Source: an uncultured Chlamydiae bacterium
GTDB lineage: Bacteria; Chlamydiota; Chlamydiia; Chlamydiales; Parachlamydiaceae
Reading direction: 5' to 3'
Length of the DNA stretch: 64,000 nt
NCBI GenBank assembly: GCA_963830365.1
Contig: CAWHMU010000047.1
Coordinates: 1-64,000, forward strand
A program made the translations under genes and the position numbers. The notes under the pieces were generated by a model. That model searched no databases. It was not told the origin of the DNA and saw only the letters and a list, made by a program, of their open reading frames with translations. Each line of letters opens with the position of its first letter. Position 1 is the first letter of the stretch. This document shows, piece by piece, positions 30,152 to 40,017 of this stretch.

Positions 30152-30766
30152 ATGGCTAAATATACCTTTAAAAACCCACTTTTTGTGACGTCGGCGACAA
30201 AAGCCGATAAATATCCCACTCTGCGGGCTGATTCGGGTAAGGAATTACCCGAAATTGCCGTGGCCGGCCGTTCTAATGTCGGCAAATCGAGTTTGCTCAA
30301 CCACCTTTTTCAACGCCGCGATTTGGTCAAGACGTCCTCGATCCCCGGCAAAACCCAGTTGATAAATTTCTTCACGCTGGACAAAGCCCTGACCTTTGTG
30401 GACTTACCCGGTTATGGCTACGCCAAGGTGCCGGAGAAGACACGCAAGCAGTGGGGGCCGATGATCCAGGAGTATTTGGATAAACGTCCACAGCTGAAAC
30501 TGATCATCTTTTTGTTCGATATCCGGCGCATCCCCAATGAAGAAGATAAAATGTTTTTGGAGTGGGTTGCGCATCGCCAAATTGCGATGATTTTAGTTAT
30601 TACAAAAGTGGATAAAGTAACGACTAATGAAAAAAATATAAACACCAAGAAAATTTTAGAAGCTTTTAATTGTGAAAATCTTTACTATACTCATTATTCG
30701 ACCACAAAAAATATCGGGCGTAAAGAATTAGTCCTCATGCTTCTTGATGCCCTTAAAGAAGAGTAG
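30152..30766 (+). CDS. engB: ribosome biogenesis GTPase EngB/YihA
   Basis: GRSNVGKSSL, PGKTQLINFF, DLPGYGYA, TKVDK. Confidence 0.96.
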   Translation: MAKYTFKNPLFVTSATKADKYPTLRADSGKELPEIAVAGRSNVGKSSLLNHLFQRRDLVKTSSIPGKTQLINFFTLDKALTFVDLPGYGYAKVPEKTRKQWGPMIQEYLDKRPQLKLIIFLFDIRRIPNEEDKMFLEWVAHRQIAMILVITKVDKVTTNEKNINTKKILEAFNCENLYYTHYSTTKNIGRKELVLMLLDALKEE

Positions 30767-30792
30767 CTTGAATAAGCGGCTGCTAAACAATA

Positions 30793-31548
30793 GTGATGGA
30801 TCAGATGCAGAAAACTCAATTCGTATGTATCGACTGTGAAACGACAGGCCTAGATACTCAAAAGGATCGCATCATCGAGGTGGCGGCGGTAAAATTCAGT
30901 TTTACCGAAGTTTTCGACACCTTTGAGTCGCTGGTCGATCCCCAATGCGAAATCCCTGAAGTATCGATCGCCATCCACCATATCACCGCCGACATGGTGG
31001 CCGGCAAACCCCAAATCCGCGCGCTACTACCCGAGATTCTGCAGTTTGTCGGCAAACATATCATCGTAGGACATGGTGTGGGCTTTGATATCGAAATGAT
31101 CGCCAATGCCGCCGACCGGGCCGGCATACCTTGCTGTCTAAAGCATAATCCTTATCTGGATACCTTGCGCATGGCTCGCCTGTATGGCGAAAGCCCCACG
31201 AATTCCCTTGAACAGCTACGCCAGCATTTCAATATACTGCCTGAAGGCGCCCACCGCGCCATGAGCGATGTGGTTGTCAACATGGAAGTCTTCAAATACC
31301 TGGCCAAGAACTATCGCACGCTAGAGCAGCTTTTTGACATACTATCCAGGCCGATACAACTTAAAACGATGCCCCTAGGTAAGCATAAAGGACGTCCTCT
31401 CAAAGAGATTCCTATTGAATATCTCATGTGGGCCTCCCATAAGGACTTCGATCAGGATTTGCTTTTTTCACTGCGCTCGGAAATAAAGAGACGCAAAAAA
31501 GGCAACCTCTTCTCCCAGGCCGGCAATCCCTTTGGCGTACTCGAATAA
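30793..31548 (+). CDS. DEDDh 3'-5' exonuclease (DnaQ-like) with C-terminal MPLGKHKG domain
   Basis: IDCETTGLD, HRAMSDV, MPLGKHKG. Confidence 0.88.
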   Translation: MMDQMQKTQFVCIDCETTGLDTQKDRIIEVAAVKFSFTEVFDTFESLVDPQCEIPEVSIAIHHITADMVAGKPQIRALLPEILQFVGKHIIVGHGVGFDIEMIANAADRAGIPCCLKHNPYLDTLRMARLYGESPTNSLEQLRQHFNILPEGAHRAMSDVVVNMEVFKYLAKNYRTLEQLFDILSRPIQLKTMPLGKHKGRPLKEIPIEYLMWASHKDFDQDLLFSLRSEIKRRKKGNLFSQAGNPFGVLE

Positions 31549-31599
31549 TTCAACGCAAATGAACAGCCTCAAATGAATAGCCAAGAGGCTGCAAAGGAA

Positions 31600-31880
31600 G
31601 GCAATTCACCACAGAGGCACTGAGACACAGAGAAGTAAGCGGCAGATAACAGGTGCAGGATAGTCAGGATAAACAAAACGCCAAGCTTTTTTTATATCAT
31701 TGTCTTTGCATATTAGGCTGTGAATGCGATTCAACGTAAAGATATCTGCGATGCTCAGGATGAACACTGTCGTCAACCGGTAAGGCAGGTAAAGATACCC
31801 TTTTACTGTGTTTATCCTGACTATCCTACTGCATCCTGTTATTTGCTGCTTGTTTCTCGGTGTCTCCGTGGTGAATTGCC
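31600..31880. repeat. CACAGAG family element, copy 4, with CAGGAT-type inner arms
   Basis: ggcaattcaccacagagg...ggatagtcaggataaaca / tgtttatcctgactatcc...cgtggtgaattgcc. Confidence 0.88.
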
Positions 31881-31988
31881 GTACTTTGCGCCTTTGCTGA
31901 AACTGTTTCTCAACGCGCTTTATCTTTTATCTTCGATCCTTTATCCTTATCATTCATTCATCATCCTTAAATAATATGGAGGCAGCTG

Positions 31989-32894
31989 ATGCGTAAACAA
32001 AGCGCCAATCATCTCGAGAAAGGTTCTTTTGAAGTCAAGGTCGGTCTGGCAGAGATGCTGAAGGGCGGTGTTATCATGGATGTCACCAACCCCGAGCAAG
32101 CCAAAATTGCTGAAGATGCCGGCGCCGTCGCGGTCATGGCCTTGGAGCGAATTCCCTCCGATATCCGTGCTCAAGGCGGGGTGGCACGCATGTCGCATGC
32201 CGAGCTGATCCAGAAAATCCAGGAAGCTGTCTCCATTCCCGTCATGGCCAAATGCCGCATCGGCCACTTCGTCGAGGCACAAATTCTCGAAGCGCTCTTT
32301 GTCGATTTTATCGATGAAAGCGAAGTGCTGACGCCTGCCGATGAAGAATATCATATCGACAAAAATAATTTCAAAATACCCTTCGTATGCGGCTGCCGCA
32401 ATCTCGGCGAAGCCTTGCGGCGCATCGGCGAAGGCGCTGCCATGATCCGCACCAAAGGCGAAGCCGGTACAGGTAATATCGTCGAAGCTGTCCGCCATAT
32501 GCGCACTGTCAACCGCGATATCCGCCGCCTGGTAGGCCTGGATCATGCCGAATTAATGACCGAAGCCAAGCTGCTTGGCGCCCCCTACCACCTGGTAGAA
32601 CAGGTGGCCAAGACCGGCAAGCTGCCCGTGCCAAACTTTGCCGCCGGCGGCATCGCCACTCCTGCCGATGCAGCCATGATGATGCAGCTAGGGGCCGAAA
32701 GTATCTTTGTCGGTTCGGGGATATTCAAATCCGCCGATCCGGCGCAGCGCGCCAAAGCCATCGTAGCGGCAGCGACCTACTACAACGATCCTTGCATGCT
32801 GGCAAAAATCTCGATGGGATTGCTCGACGCTATGCCCGGCATCGATATGCAAAAAATCAAAGCCGAAGACCTTTTAGCGCCCAGAGGGTGGTAA
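31989..32894 (+). CDS. pdxS: pyridoxal 5'-phosphate synthase lyase subunit
   Basis: [35 protein letters not shown]. Confidence 0.98.
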   Translation: MRKQSANHLEKGSFEVKVGLAEMLKGGVIMDVTNPEQAKIAEDAGAVAVMALERIPSDIRAQGGVARMSHAELIQKIQEAVSIPVMAKCRIGHFVEAQILEALFVDFIDESEVLTPADEEYHIDKNNFKIPFVCGCRNLGEALRRIGEGAAMIRTKGEAGTGNIVEAVRHMRTVNRDIRRLVGLDHAELMTEAKLLGAPYHLVEQVAKTGKLPVPNFAAGGIATPADAAMMMQLGAESIFVGSGIFKSADPAQRAKAIVAAATYYNDPCMLAKISMGLLDAMPGIDMQKIKAEDLLAPRGW

Positions 32895-32922
32895 ATAAAG
32901 GCTGGTAAATGGAGAGTGTTAG

Positions 32923-33504
32923 ATGAAGTCTGTGGTCGTAGGCGTACTGGCGCTGCAAGGCGCTTTTGCAAAACATATGCAGATGCTGCGGCAGCTGGGT
33001 GTCAGGGCTATCGAAGTGCGCAAGCCCGAAGAGCTGGCTGCCTGCGATGCGCTGATCATTCCCGGCGGGGAATCGACGACTATGCTGAAACAGATGGAAT
33101 TTATCGATTTCTTCGCAGCATTCCGTCATTTTTCACAACATAAACCCGTCTTTGGTACATGTGCCGGACTGATTCTGATGTCGCATGATGTCGTTGGCGA
33201 TACCATGCGCCCTTTTGATTTGCTTGATATCGGGGTAGAGCGCAATGCCTTCGGACGCCAGGCCGAATCCTTCCAAGCTGACATTGCTGTCACGCTGGGG
33301 CCGGGCAAGCCCTCAGTCTTTCCAGCCGTCTTCATCCGTGCGCCGCGCATCCGCCGGGTAGGGGGCGATGTCCAAGTACTGGCCAGCCATGCAGAAGAGC
33401 CAGTACTGGTACAGCAAGGTCGCCATTTGGCGGCCACCTTCCACCCCGAACTTACCTCTGACACCACTATCCACGCCCATTTCCTGAAGCTTTTAAAAGG
33501 CTAG
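32923..33504 (+). CDS. pdxT: pyridoxal 5'-phosphate synthase glutaminase subunit
   Basis: GVLALQGAF, PGGESTT, GTCAG, FIRAP, FHPEL. Confidence 0.97.
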   Translation: MKSVVVGVLALQGAFAKHMQMLRQLGVRAIEVRKPEELAACDALIIPGGESTTMLKQMEFIDFFAAFRHFSQHKPVFGTCAGLILMSHDVVGDTMRPFDLLDIGVERNAFGRQAESFQADIAVTLGPGKPSVFPAVFIRAPRIRRVGGDVQVLASHAEEPVLVQQGRHLAATFHPELTSDTTIHAHFLKLLKG

Positions 33505-33527
33505 ACTATTGCAGGGTGCCAAAAATG

Positions 33528-33730
33528 GACGATGCGGACAATGCGGACAGTGCGGACGAGGCGGACAGCGCCATGCAAGAAACCATGCCGTTTGCATGCC
33601 CGTACCACATCGTCCGCTGAGGGCTCAGATAGCCACCTCCGGATGGGGGTGAGGGCGTGTAGCCCAGGGCAAGCGGCAGCGCAGCCCTGGGTGATTCATG
33701 TTAAAAATGCACCCCTGATAGGGGTGGGGC
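33528..33730. repeat. 9-bp tandem GGACNNTGC repeats followed by a REP-like tagcccagggc...gccctgggt hairpin
   Basis: ggacgatgc ggacaatgc ggacagtgc ggacgaggc ggacagcgc; agcccagggcaagcggcagcgcagccctgggt. Confidence 0.65.
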
Positions 33731-33781
33731 CTACTAATAACAAATGCGCACCTTAATCTGATCATAACAAGGAGTTGTGAT

Positions 33782-34129
33782 ATGAGCCTGCCAGCATTAG
33801 ATCTAGCCAGTTTGAAACAAGAGTATGGTGACTATGGACGGAAGACTATTGAACAGATGCAAAAAGTCTTGAATTTGCATGGGTTCGCTATCACATATAA
33901 TCCAGCCACCGGCCAATTTACCATCCCCAACAGTTCACATCCAGACGAGAGAAGAAAGATTGAATCTCTCTTTACTATAAATAGCTACCAAGGATGGCAA
34001 CCAAAAATACTTGCTGAAATCGTTGAGGGAAGAAACCTGCGCGTAAAATTAGAATGTTTTGTTTCTGACTCTGATATAACGGAGTTATACCACGCGCTGG
34101 CAGGTCGTGAGCGTTCAAATCTAAAATGA
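33782..34129 (+). CDS. hypothetical protein (AT-richer, inserted between pdxT and pdxH)
   Basis: 115-aa ORF with AAGGAG RBS. Confidence 0.7.
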   Translation: MSLPALDLASLKQEYGDYGRKTIEQMQKVLNLHGFAITYNPATGQFTIPNSSHPDERRKIESLFTINSYQGWQPKILAEIVEGRNLRVKLECFVSDSDITELYHALAGRERSNLK

Positions 34130-34155
34130 TTTTTACCATGCTCTTTACGCCTTTT

Positions 34156-34791
34156 TTATGGTGCTAGGCGGTCGAGCTGCCATGCGGCGCCTTGCAAAGT
34201 ATAGCAGAAGCGGTCGTGCAGCCGGTCTTTGCGCCCTTGCCAGAATTCAAAGCGGCGGGGGTGCAGGCGGAAGCCTCCCCATGATGGCGGGAGCGGGATT
34301 TCTTGGTCGGTATATTTCTTTTCCAAAGCTGCATAAGCCTCCTCAAGGACTTGGCGCGAAGCAATGACCGTGCTTTGCGGTGAAGCCAAGGCGCTGAGCT
34401 GGCTGCCGCGCGGACGGGCGGCAAAGTATTTTTTAGCCTCCTCACGGCTGATCTTGGTGACTTCCCCTTCGATATTTACCTGGCGCTCCAATTCCTTCCA
34501 AAGAAAAGTCACGGCGGCATAGGGCGTAGCTGCCAAATGGCAGCTTTTGCGGCTGTGGTAGTTGGTGAAGAAGACAAGGCCCTGTTCATCAAATTCCTTC
34601 ATCAAGACTGTGCGGCAGGAGGGTTTGCCCTCCGGCGTGACGGTGGCCAGCGCCATGGCATTGGCTTCAATGATGTTAGCTTGCCGTGTGTCGGCAAACC
34701 AATCTAGAAACTGGCGGAATGGACTATCTGCCAATTGATGGCGCCTGAGTTGGCTAAATTTATAGTCGCGCCGCAAATCTTTGAATTCCAT
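34156..34791 (-). CDS. pdxH: pyridoxamine 5'-phosphate oxidase
   Basis: NAMALAT, FFTNYHSRK, EFWQGRKDRLHDR, RLAP. Confidence 0.97.
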   Translation of the reverse strand: MEFKDLRRDYKFSQLRRHQLADSPFRQFLDWFADTRQANIIEANAMALATVTPEGKPSCRTVLMKEFDEQGLVFFTNYHSRKSCHLAATPYAAVTFLWKELERQVNIEGEVTKISREEAKKYFAARPRGSQLSALASPQSTVIASRQVLEEAYAALEKKYTDQEIPLPPSWGGFRLHPRRFEFWQGRKDRLHDRFCYTLQGAAWQLDRLAP

Positions 34792-34833
34792 CGTTATTAC
34801 ACCTACGTCTTTAATGATCTAGTCTCTGAATCC

Positions 34834-35027
34834 GATTCAACGCCAAGAAACAGCCCATAGACGCAAAGCAAACAAGCAGCAAAATAAGCTAAACAGGATG
34901 GCCGCCTAGCCATGACACTATCGCTGTGATTGGTCTCTGTTGCCACCCAGGTTTTTCCTGCCTGTCCCGTTTACTCCTCTGTGTCTTCAGTGTCTCTGTG
35001 GTGAATTGCCTTCCTTTACGTTGAATC
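34834..35027. repeat. CACAGAG family element, copy 5 (left CACAGAG arm missing)
   Basis: gattcaacgccaag ... ctctgtgtcttcagtgtctctgtggtgaattgccttcctttacgttgaatc. Confidence 0.7.
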
Positions 35028-35226
35028 GGAGGCACAGGCTATTACCTAAGTACAATGTAACAAAATGTTACAAGCCTTCCCTTTCCCATTGGAATACCTG
35101 TGGTATAGCATTATGCGCTTGACAGGCGCAAGCAAAATGGCATATAGCTGATATTTATAAAACATATTTTGATGTTTGCATAAGATTTGCACGATCACAT
35201 TCCAAGACTATTCCTGGAGCCTTATT

Positions 35227-36441
35227 ATGACGAAACTCTCACTGGCCGACTTAGCCCTTAAAGATAAAAAAGTGCTGATGCGCGTCGATTTCAATGTGCC
35301 GCTGGATAGCCATCAGCATATTACCGACGATACCCGCATCAAGGCGGCGTTGCCCTCCATCCGCTATGTCATCGAACATGGCGCAGCTTTGGTGCTGATG
35401 AGCCATTTGGGACGTCCCAATGATAAATGCGTGCCCGAACTGTCTTTAAAGCCATGCGCCGAACGCCTTTCTCAGCTTTTGGGCCAGCCGGTGCAGCTTG
35501 CGCCGGATTGCATAGGTGCCGATGTCGAACGCCTGGTGCAGGCCATGAAGCCAGGGCAGGTGCTTTTGCTGGAAAATCTTCGTTTCCACCGTGGCGAGGA
35601 GCATCCTGATGAGGACAAAAGTTTTGTGCAGCAACTGGCAAAGCTTGGCGAGATCTATGTCAATGATGCTTTCGGCACCGCCCACCGGGCACATGCGTCA
35701 ACGGCTGTAATCACCACGTATTTTCCGGAGAAAGCCGCCGCCGGCTTTCTTTTGGAAAAGGAAATAAAATTCCTGGGCGAGACCCTCATTAATCCCAAAC
35801 GCCCTTTTTGTGCCCTCATTGGCGGCGCCAAGATATCCACCAAATGCGGTGTCATCGAAGCTTTGATGAACAAGGCCGATGTGGTTTTGCTGGCCGGCGG
35901 TATGACGTACACTTTTCTTATTGCCCAAGGCATCGCCATCGGCAATTCCATTTATGAAGAGGATTTCATCCCCAAAGCCCGCGAGCTATTGGCGGCAAGC
36001 GGTAAAGGCAAAGCGCGCCTTGTGCTACCCAAAGACCTTGTCATCACCGATCTCATTAGACAAGGCGCGCGTTTCCATGTCATCCCGGCCACGGCCGGCA
36101 TTCCGGATGGCCGTCAAGGTGTCGATATCGGGCCTGAGACGATACAAGCCTATGCCGCCGAGCTGCGTAAGGCGGCCACCATCTTATGGAATGGCCCGGT
36201 CGGCGTCTTTGAAGTTCCGGCCTTTGCCAAAGGCACCAATGCCATCGCGCATGTGCTGGCGCAGCTGCCTGCCATCACTATTGTAGGCGGCGGCGATTCC
36301 ATTGCGGCCGTGCAGGCGGCAGGCGTGGGCGATAACATAACGCATTTGTCTACCGGCGGCGGCGCCACCTTAGAATATATCGAATTTGGCACCTTGCCGG
36401 GTATTGAAGCCTTGACCGACAGCCGGCCACTGTATAGTTAG
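35227..36441 (+). CDS. pgk: phosphoglycerate kinase
   Basis: RVDFNVP, SHLGRP, LENLRF, NDAFGTAHRAHAS, STGGGA. Confidence 0.98.
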   Translation: MTKLSLADLALKDKKVLMRVDFNVPLDSHQHITDDTRIKAALPSIRYVIEHGAALVLMSHLGRPNDKCVPELSLKPCAERLSQLLGQPVQLAPDCIGADVERLVQAMKPGQVLLLENLRFHRGEEHPDEDKSFVQQLAKLGEIYVNDAFGTAHRAHASTAVITTYFPEKAAAGFLLEKEIKFLGETLINPKRPFCALIGGAKISTKCGVIEALMNKADVVLLAGGMTYTFLIAQGIAIGNSIYEEDFIPKARELLAASGKGKARLVLPKDLVITDLIRQGARFHVIPATAGIPDGRQGVDIGPETIQAYAAELRKAATILWNGPVGVFEVPAFAKGTNAIAHVLAQLPAITIVGGGDSIAAVQAAGVGDNITHLSTGGGATLEYIEFGTLPGIEALTDSRPLYS

Positions 36442-36543
36442 TAAATATTTGAATGTTATTAATTGAATTCAGTTGCTTTTATTCCCATTGTTATATACAA
36501 TATAAGGACAATTATATGTAGTCTCTTAACCGCAAGGAGTCAC

Positions 36544-38157
36544 ATGTCAGTGTCCATGACCCCGCAACCCCAGTTTAGCCGCTGGCGGAATGCATTATGG
36601 CCGGTACATCGCTACGAGCTCAGAAAGCTTGTGCCGATGCTCCTTATATTCTTTCTGATCTCTTTTGATTATAATGTTTTGCGCATTATGAAAGATACGC
36701 TGGTGGTGACGGCAAAGTCTTCCGGCGCCGAGGTGATCCCATTTATTAAAGTCTGGGTGATGTTCCCCGGAGCTATCTTACTGACCTATCTGTTTACGCG
36801 CCTCTCCAACCGTCTTAAGCGCGAAACCGTCTTTTACGTCCTCCTGTCAATTTTCCTCGGATACTTCTTCATTTTCACCACCGTGCTTTATCCGGCCCGC
36901 GACCTCCTGCATCCCCACGCCACAGCCGATATGCTGGAGACGATTTTACCGGCCGGACTTAAAGGTCTGATCGCCATGTATCGCAATTGGACGTTCACCA
37001 CGTTCTATGTCATGGCCGAACTTTGGAGCAATATCATCCTGGCGATGCTCTTTTGGGGATTTGCCAATCAGGTGACGCGTCTGGGGGAAGCCAAGCGCTT
37101 CTATGGTTTATTTGGCATCGGCGCCAACCTGTCCGGTGTGGCGGCAGGGGAGGCCTCGGTATGGCTTTCCCGCAAGCCGTTTAACGCCTATCTGCCATTC
37201 GGATCGGATGCCTGGGAGCAGTCGATGGTGATGCTGGTCGGATTAGTGATCATCGCAGGTCTGGCCGCCATGGGCATTTTCCGCTGGTTCAATACCACGA
37301 TTCTGACAGACGCCCGTTTTTACGACGGCTCCAATGAAAGAAAGGCCGGCGATGTGCGCGGCAAGTTATCGATGCGCGAAAGTTTCAGTTATCTATTCCG
37401 TTCCCGCTATATGATCTGCGTGGCCATCATCGTTATCGCTTATAACCTGGTGATAAATTTGGTCGAAGTCGTCTGGAAGCACGAAATGCACGAGCTTTAT
37501 CCTAGTCCGAGCGATTATAATATCTACATGAGCCACATCACCTCCATCATTGGCGTCGTGGCCACTTTGACGGCGCTTTTCGTGTCGGGAAATTCGCTGC
37601 GCAAATGCGGCTGGACCTTCACTGCGATGCTGACACCGGCGATATTATTTGTCACCAGCATCGGTTTCTTTGCCTTCTTCTTCGCTAAAGGGGATATGGC
37701 TAGCATGATCATCCAGCTCTTCGGGGCCACGCCTTTGGCCATTGTCGTCTTCTTCGGCTCGGCCCAGAATATCTTAAGCCGGGCGGCAAAATATACTGTT
37801 TTTGATGCCACCAAAGAGATGGCTTTTGTGCCACTCAGCCGGGAAGATCAGTTGAAGGGGAAACCTGCTGTCGATGGCGTATGCTCGCGTTTGGGCAAGT
37901 CGGGAGGGTCTGTCATCCATCAAGGGTTGCTACTGTCGTTTTCCACCATTACCGCCAGCGCCCCGTATGTGGCAGGCTTCTTGTTAGGCGTTATTGCCAT
38001 ATGGATTGGCGCCACCCGCATGCTCGGCAAACAGTTTAGCGAGTTGACCAAGGCGCCGCAGCCGGCACCAACAGTGCAGCCGCCAGTTGATGTGCCAGAG
38101 ATGGTGGCAGCGCCTGTAGGAGTTTATGTAGAAGGAAATGCGACGTTAGCCTCTTAG
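36544..38157 (+). CDS. Npt/TLC-family nucleotide transport protein
   Basis: YNVLRIMKD, GAEVIPFIKVW, FYVMAELW, KYTVFDATKEMAFVPL, RLGKSGG. Confidence 0.96.
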   Translation: MSVSMTPQPQFSRWRNALWPVHRYELRKLVPMLLIFFLISFDYNVLRIMKDTLVVTAKSSGAEVIPFIKVWVMFPGAILLTYLFTRLSNRLKRETVFYVLLSIFLGYFFIFTTVLYPARDLLHPHATADMLETILPAGLKGLIAMYRNWTFTTFYVMAELWSNIILAMLFWGFANQVTRLGEAKRFYGLFGIGANLSGVAAGEASVWLSRKPFNAYLPFGSDAWEQSMVMLVGLVIIAGLAAMGIFRWFNTTILTDARFYDGSNERKAGDVRGKLSMRESFSYLFRSRYMICVAIIVIAYNLVINLVEVVWKHEMHELYPSPSDYNIYMSHITSIIGVVATLTALFVSGNSLRKCGWTFTAMLTPAILFVTSIGFFAFFFAKGDMASMIIQLFGATPLAIVVFFGSAQNILSRAAKYTVFDATKEMAFVPLSREDQLKGKPAVDGVCSRLGKSGGSVIHQGLLLSFSTITASAPYVAGFLLGVIAIWIGATRMLGKQFSELTKAPQPAPTVQPPVDVPEMVAAPVGVYVEGNATLAS

Positions 38158-38177
38158 GGCAGGCAGTTTCTTAGTAG

Positions 38178-38229
38178 AGATAGTGCTCTTGCCATAGGAT
38201 CTATGGCAAGGGCACTATCTTTTTGTTTT
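38178..38229 (+). terminator. intrinsic terminator between the two npt genes
   Basis: agatagtgctcttgccatag-gat-ctatggcaagggcactatct followed by T-rich tail. Confidence 0.85.
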
Positions 38230-38315
38230 GGTGGCTAAGCTAAAGGTTTAGTTTGTTTCTTGTTGATTAAAAATACGAAGATGTTGTATAATAATTCTTT
38301 ACAAAAGGCGTTTAG

Positions 38316-39920
38316 ATGTCTCAACAAACTAATGTAGACTCTGAAAAAGCATTTGGTCCCGTCAGATCCTGTTTATGGCCCATACATCGCCATGAAGCCA
38401 AAAAGCTTGTGCCGATGTTCCTGATGGTCTTTCTGCTATGTTTTGACTACAGCATCTTGCGCAACATGAAAGACACGCTGGTCGTCACGGCGTCCGGCGC
38501 GGAAGTTATCCCTTTTATCAAAGTCTGGGTCATGCTGCCGATGGCGGTCTTGTTGACCATCCTGTTTACCAAGCTATCAAACCGCTACAGTCAAGAACGC
38601 GTCTTTTACATGATGACGACCGGTTTTCTGGCCTGCTTTGTCACCTTTGCCTTTGTGCTTTACCCTATGCGCGATGCGCTCCACCCCAATGCCCTAGCCG
38701 ATAGAATGGAATTGATCCTGCCGCTTGGCCTTAAAGGCTTGATCTCCATGTTCCGCAATTGGACATTCACCGGCTTTTATGTGATGTCTGAGCTGTGGGG
38801 CAGCATGATGCTGAATGTTTTATTCTGGGGCTTTGCCAATGAAGTCACGCGTGTTAAAGAAGCCCGCCGTTTTTATGGCGTCTTCGGTATCGGTTCAAAC
38901 ATAGCCACCATCCTCGCCGGACAAGCCGCCATTTTCTTTTCGCAAGGCACCTTTGCCAACCTCTCGATCCTCGCCGGCCGCGAATCTTGGGAACAGGTGC
39001 AGATGGTGCTGGTGACGCTCATCACGATCTGCGGTATCATCACCATGGGTCTATTCCGTTGGATGAATCGCCATGTGTTGACGGATCCTAGTTTCGATGA
39101 ATTCCACCACAATAAGCGTGTCAGCAAAGCCAAAGGAAAGCTGTCCTTTCGTGAAAGCTTCTCCGTACTGTCTAATTCGAAATATCTGATCTGCATCGCT
39201 ATCCTGGTGGTCTCCTACAACCTGGTGATCAATCTGGTTGAAATCGTCTGGAAAGATCAGTTGCGCAGCCTTTACCCAAATCCGGCCGATTTGAACACCT
39301 ATCTGAACAATTTGACTTCGGCTGTCGGTATCGTGGCTACGGTCGCGGCCATCTTCATGGCTAAAATTATCGGGAAATACGGCTGGACGAAAACCGCCCT
39401 TAGCACACCCATCATCATGCTAGTAACCTGTGCCGGCTTTTTTGCCTTCTTATTCTTCCGCGAATCCGATTTTGCCGGTGTCATCGTCGCCCTGACCGGC
39501 ACCACTCCACTGGCTATCGCCGTCTTCTTTGGTGCCGCGCAAAACTGTTTGAGCAAAGCCGCCAAATATTCGGTCTTTGATGCTACCAAGGAAATGGCCT
39601 ATATTCCACTCAGCCATGAAGTGAAGCTCAAAGGGAAAGCTGCCATCGATGGCGTCGGTTCCCGCTTCGGCAAATCCGGCGGTTCGCTGATCCACCAAGG
39701 GTTGCTGATGATTTTTACGACGCTGACGGCCAGCGCGCCTTATGTCGCCGTCATCCTGCTGGTAGTGATTATTTTCTGGATCGGTGCTGCCAAGGCCTTG
39801 GGTGTACAGTTTAGAGATCTCGTAGCCTCGCAAAATAAAGGCCAGCCTGACGATTTGGGCGAAAGTCCGCCGCCTGTACGCGTGCCTGCCGGCGAACAGC
39901 CGATCCAAGCCGCCACCTAG
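38316..39920 (+). CDS. Npt/TLC-family nucleotide transport protein (paralog)
   Basis: YSILRNMKD, FYVMSELW, KYSVFDATKEMAYIPL, RFGKSGG. Confidence 0.96.
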   Translation: MSQQTNVDSEKAFGPVRSCLWPIHRHEAKKLVPMFLMVFLLCFDYSILRNMKDTLVVTASGAEVIPFIKVWVMLPMAVLLTILFTKLSNRYSQERVFYMMTTGFLACFVTFAFVLYPMRDALHPNALADRMELILPLGLKGLISMFRNWTFTGFYVMSELWGSMMLNVLFWGFANEVTRVKEARRFYGVFGIGSNIATILAGQAAIFFSQGTFANLSILAGRESWEQVQMVLVTLITICGIITMGLFRWMNRHVLTDPSFDEFHHNKRVSKAKGKLSFRESFSVLSNSKYLICIAILVVSYNLVINLVEIVWKDQLRSLYPNPADLNTYLNNLTSAVGIVATVAAIFMAKIIGKYGWTKTALSTPIIMLVTCAGFFAFLFFRESDFAGVIVALTGTTPLAIAVFFGAAQNCLSKAAKYSVFDATKEMAYIPLSHEVKLKGKAAIDGVGSRFGKSGGSLIHQGLLMIFTTLTASAPYVAVILLVVIIFWIGAAKALGVQFRDLVASQNKGQPDDLGESPPPVRVPAGEQPIQAAT

Positions 39921-40017
39921 GTATGCCACTTAGGTCGTAAATTAATCGTAAAAATGTGTGGCTCAAAACTCCCCATCGCGCGATAATTCGTAAGACTCAC
40001 ATTTAACATAGAATTTT

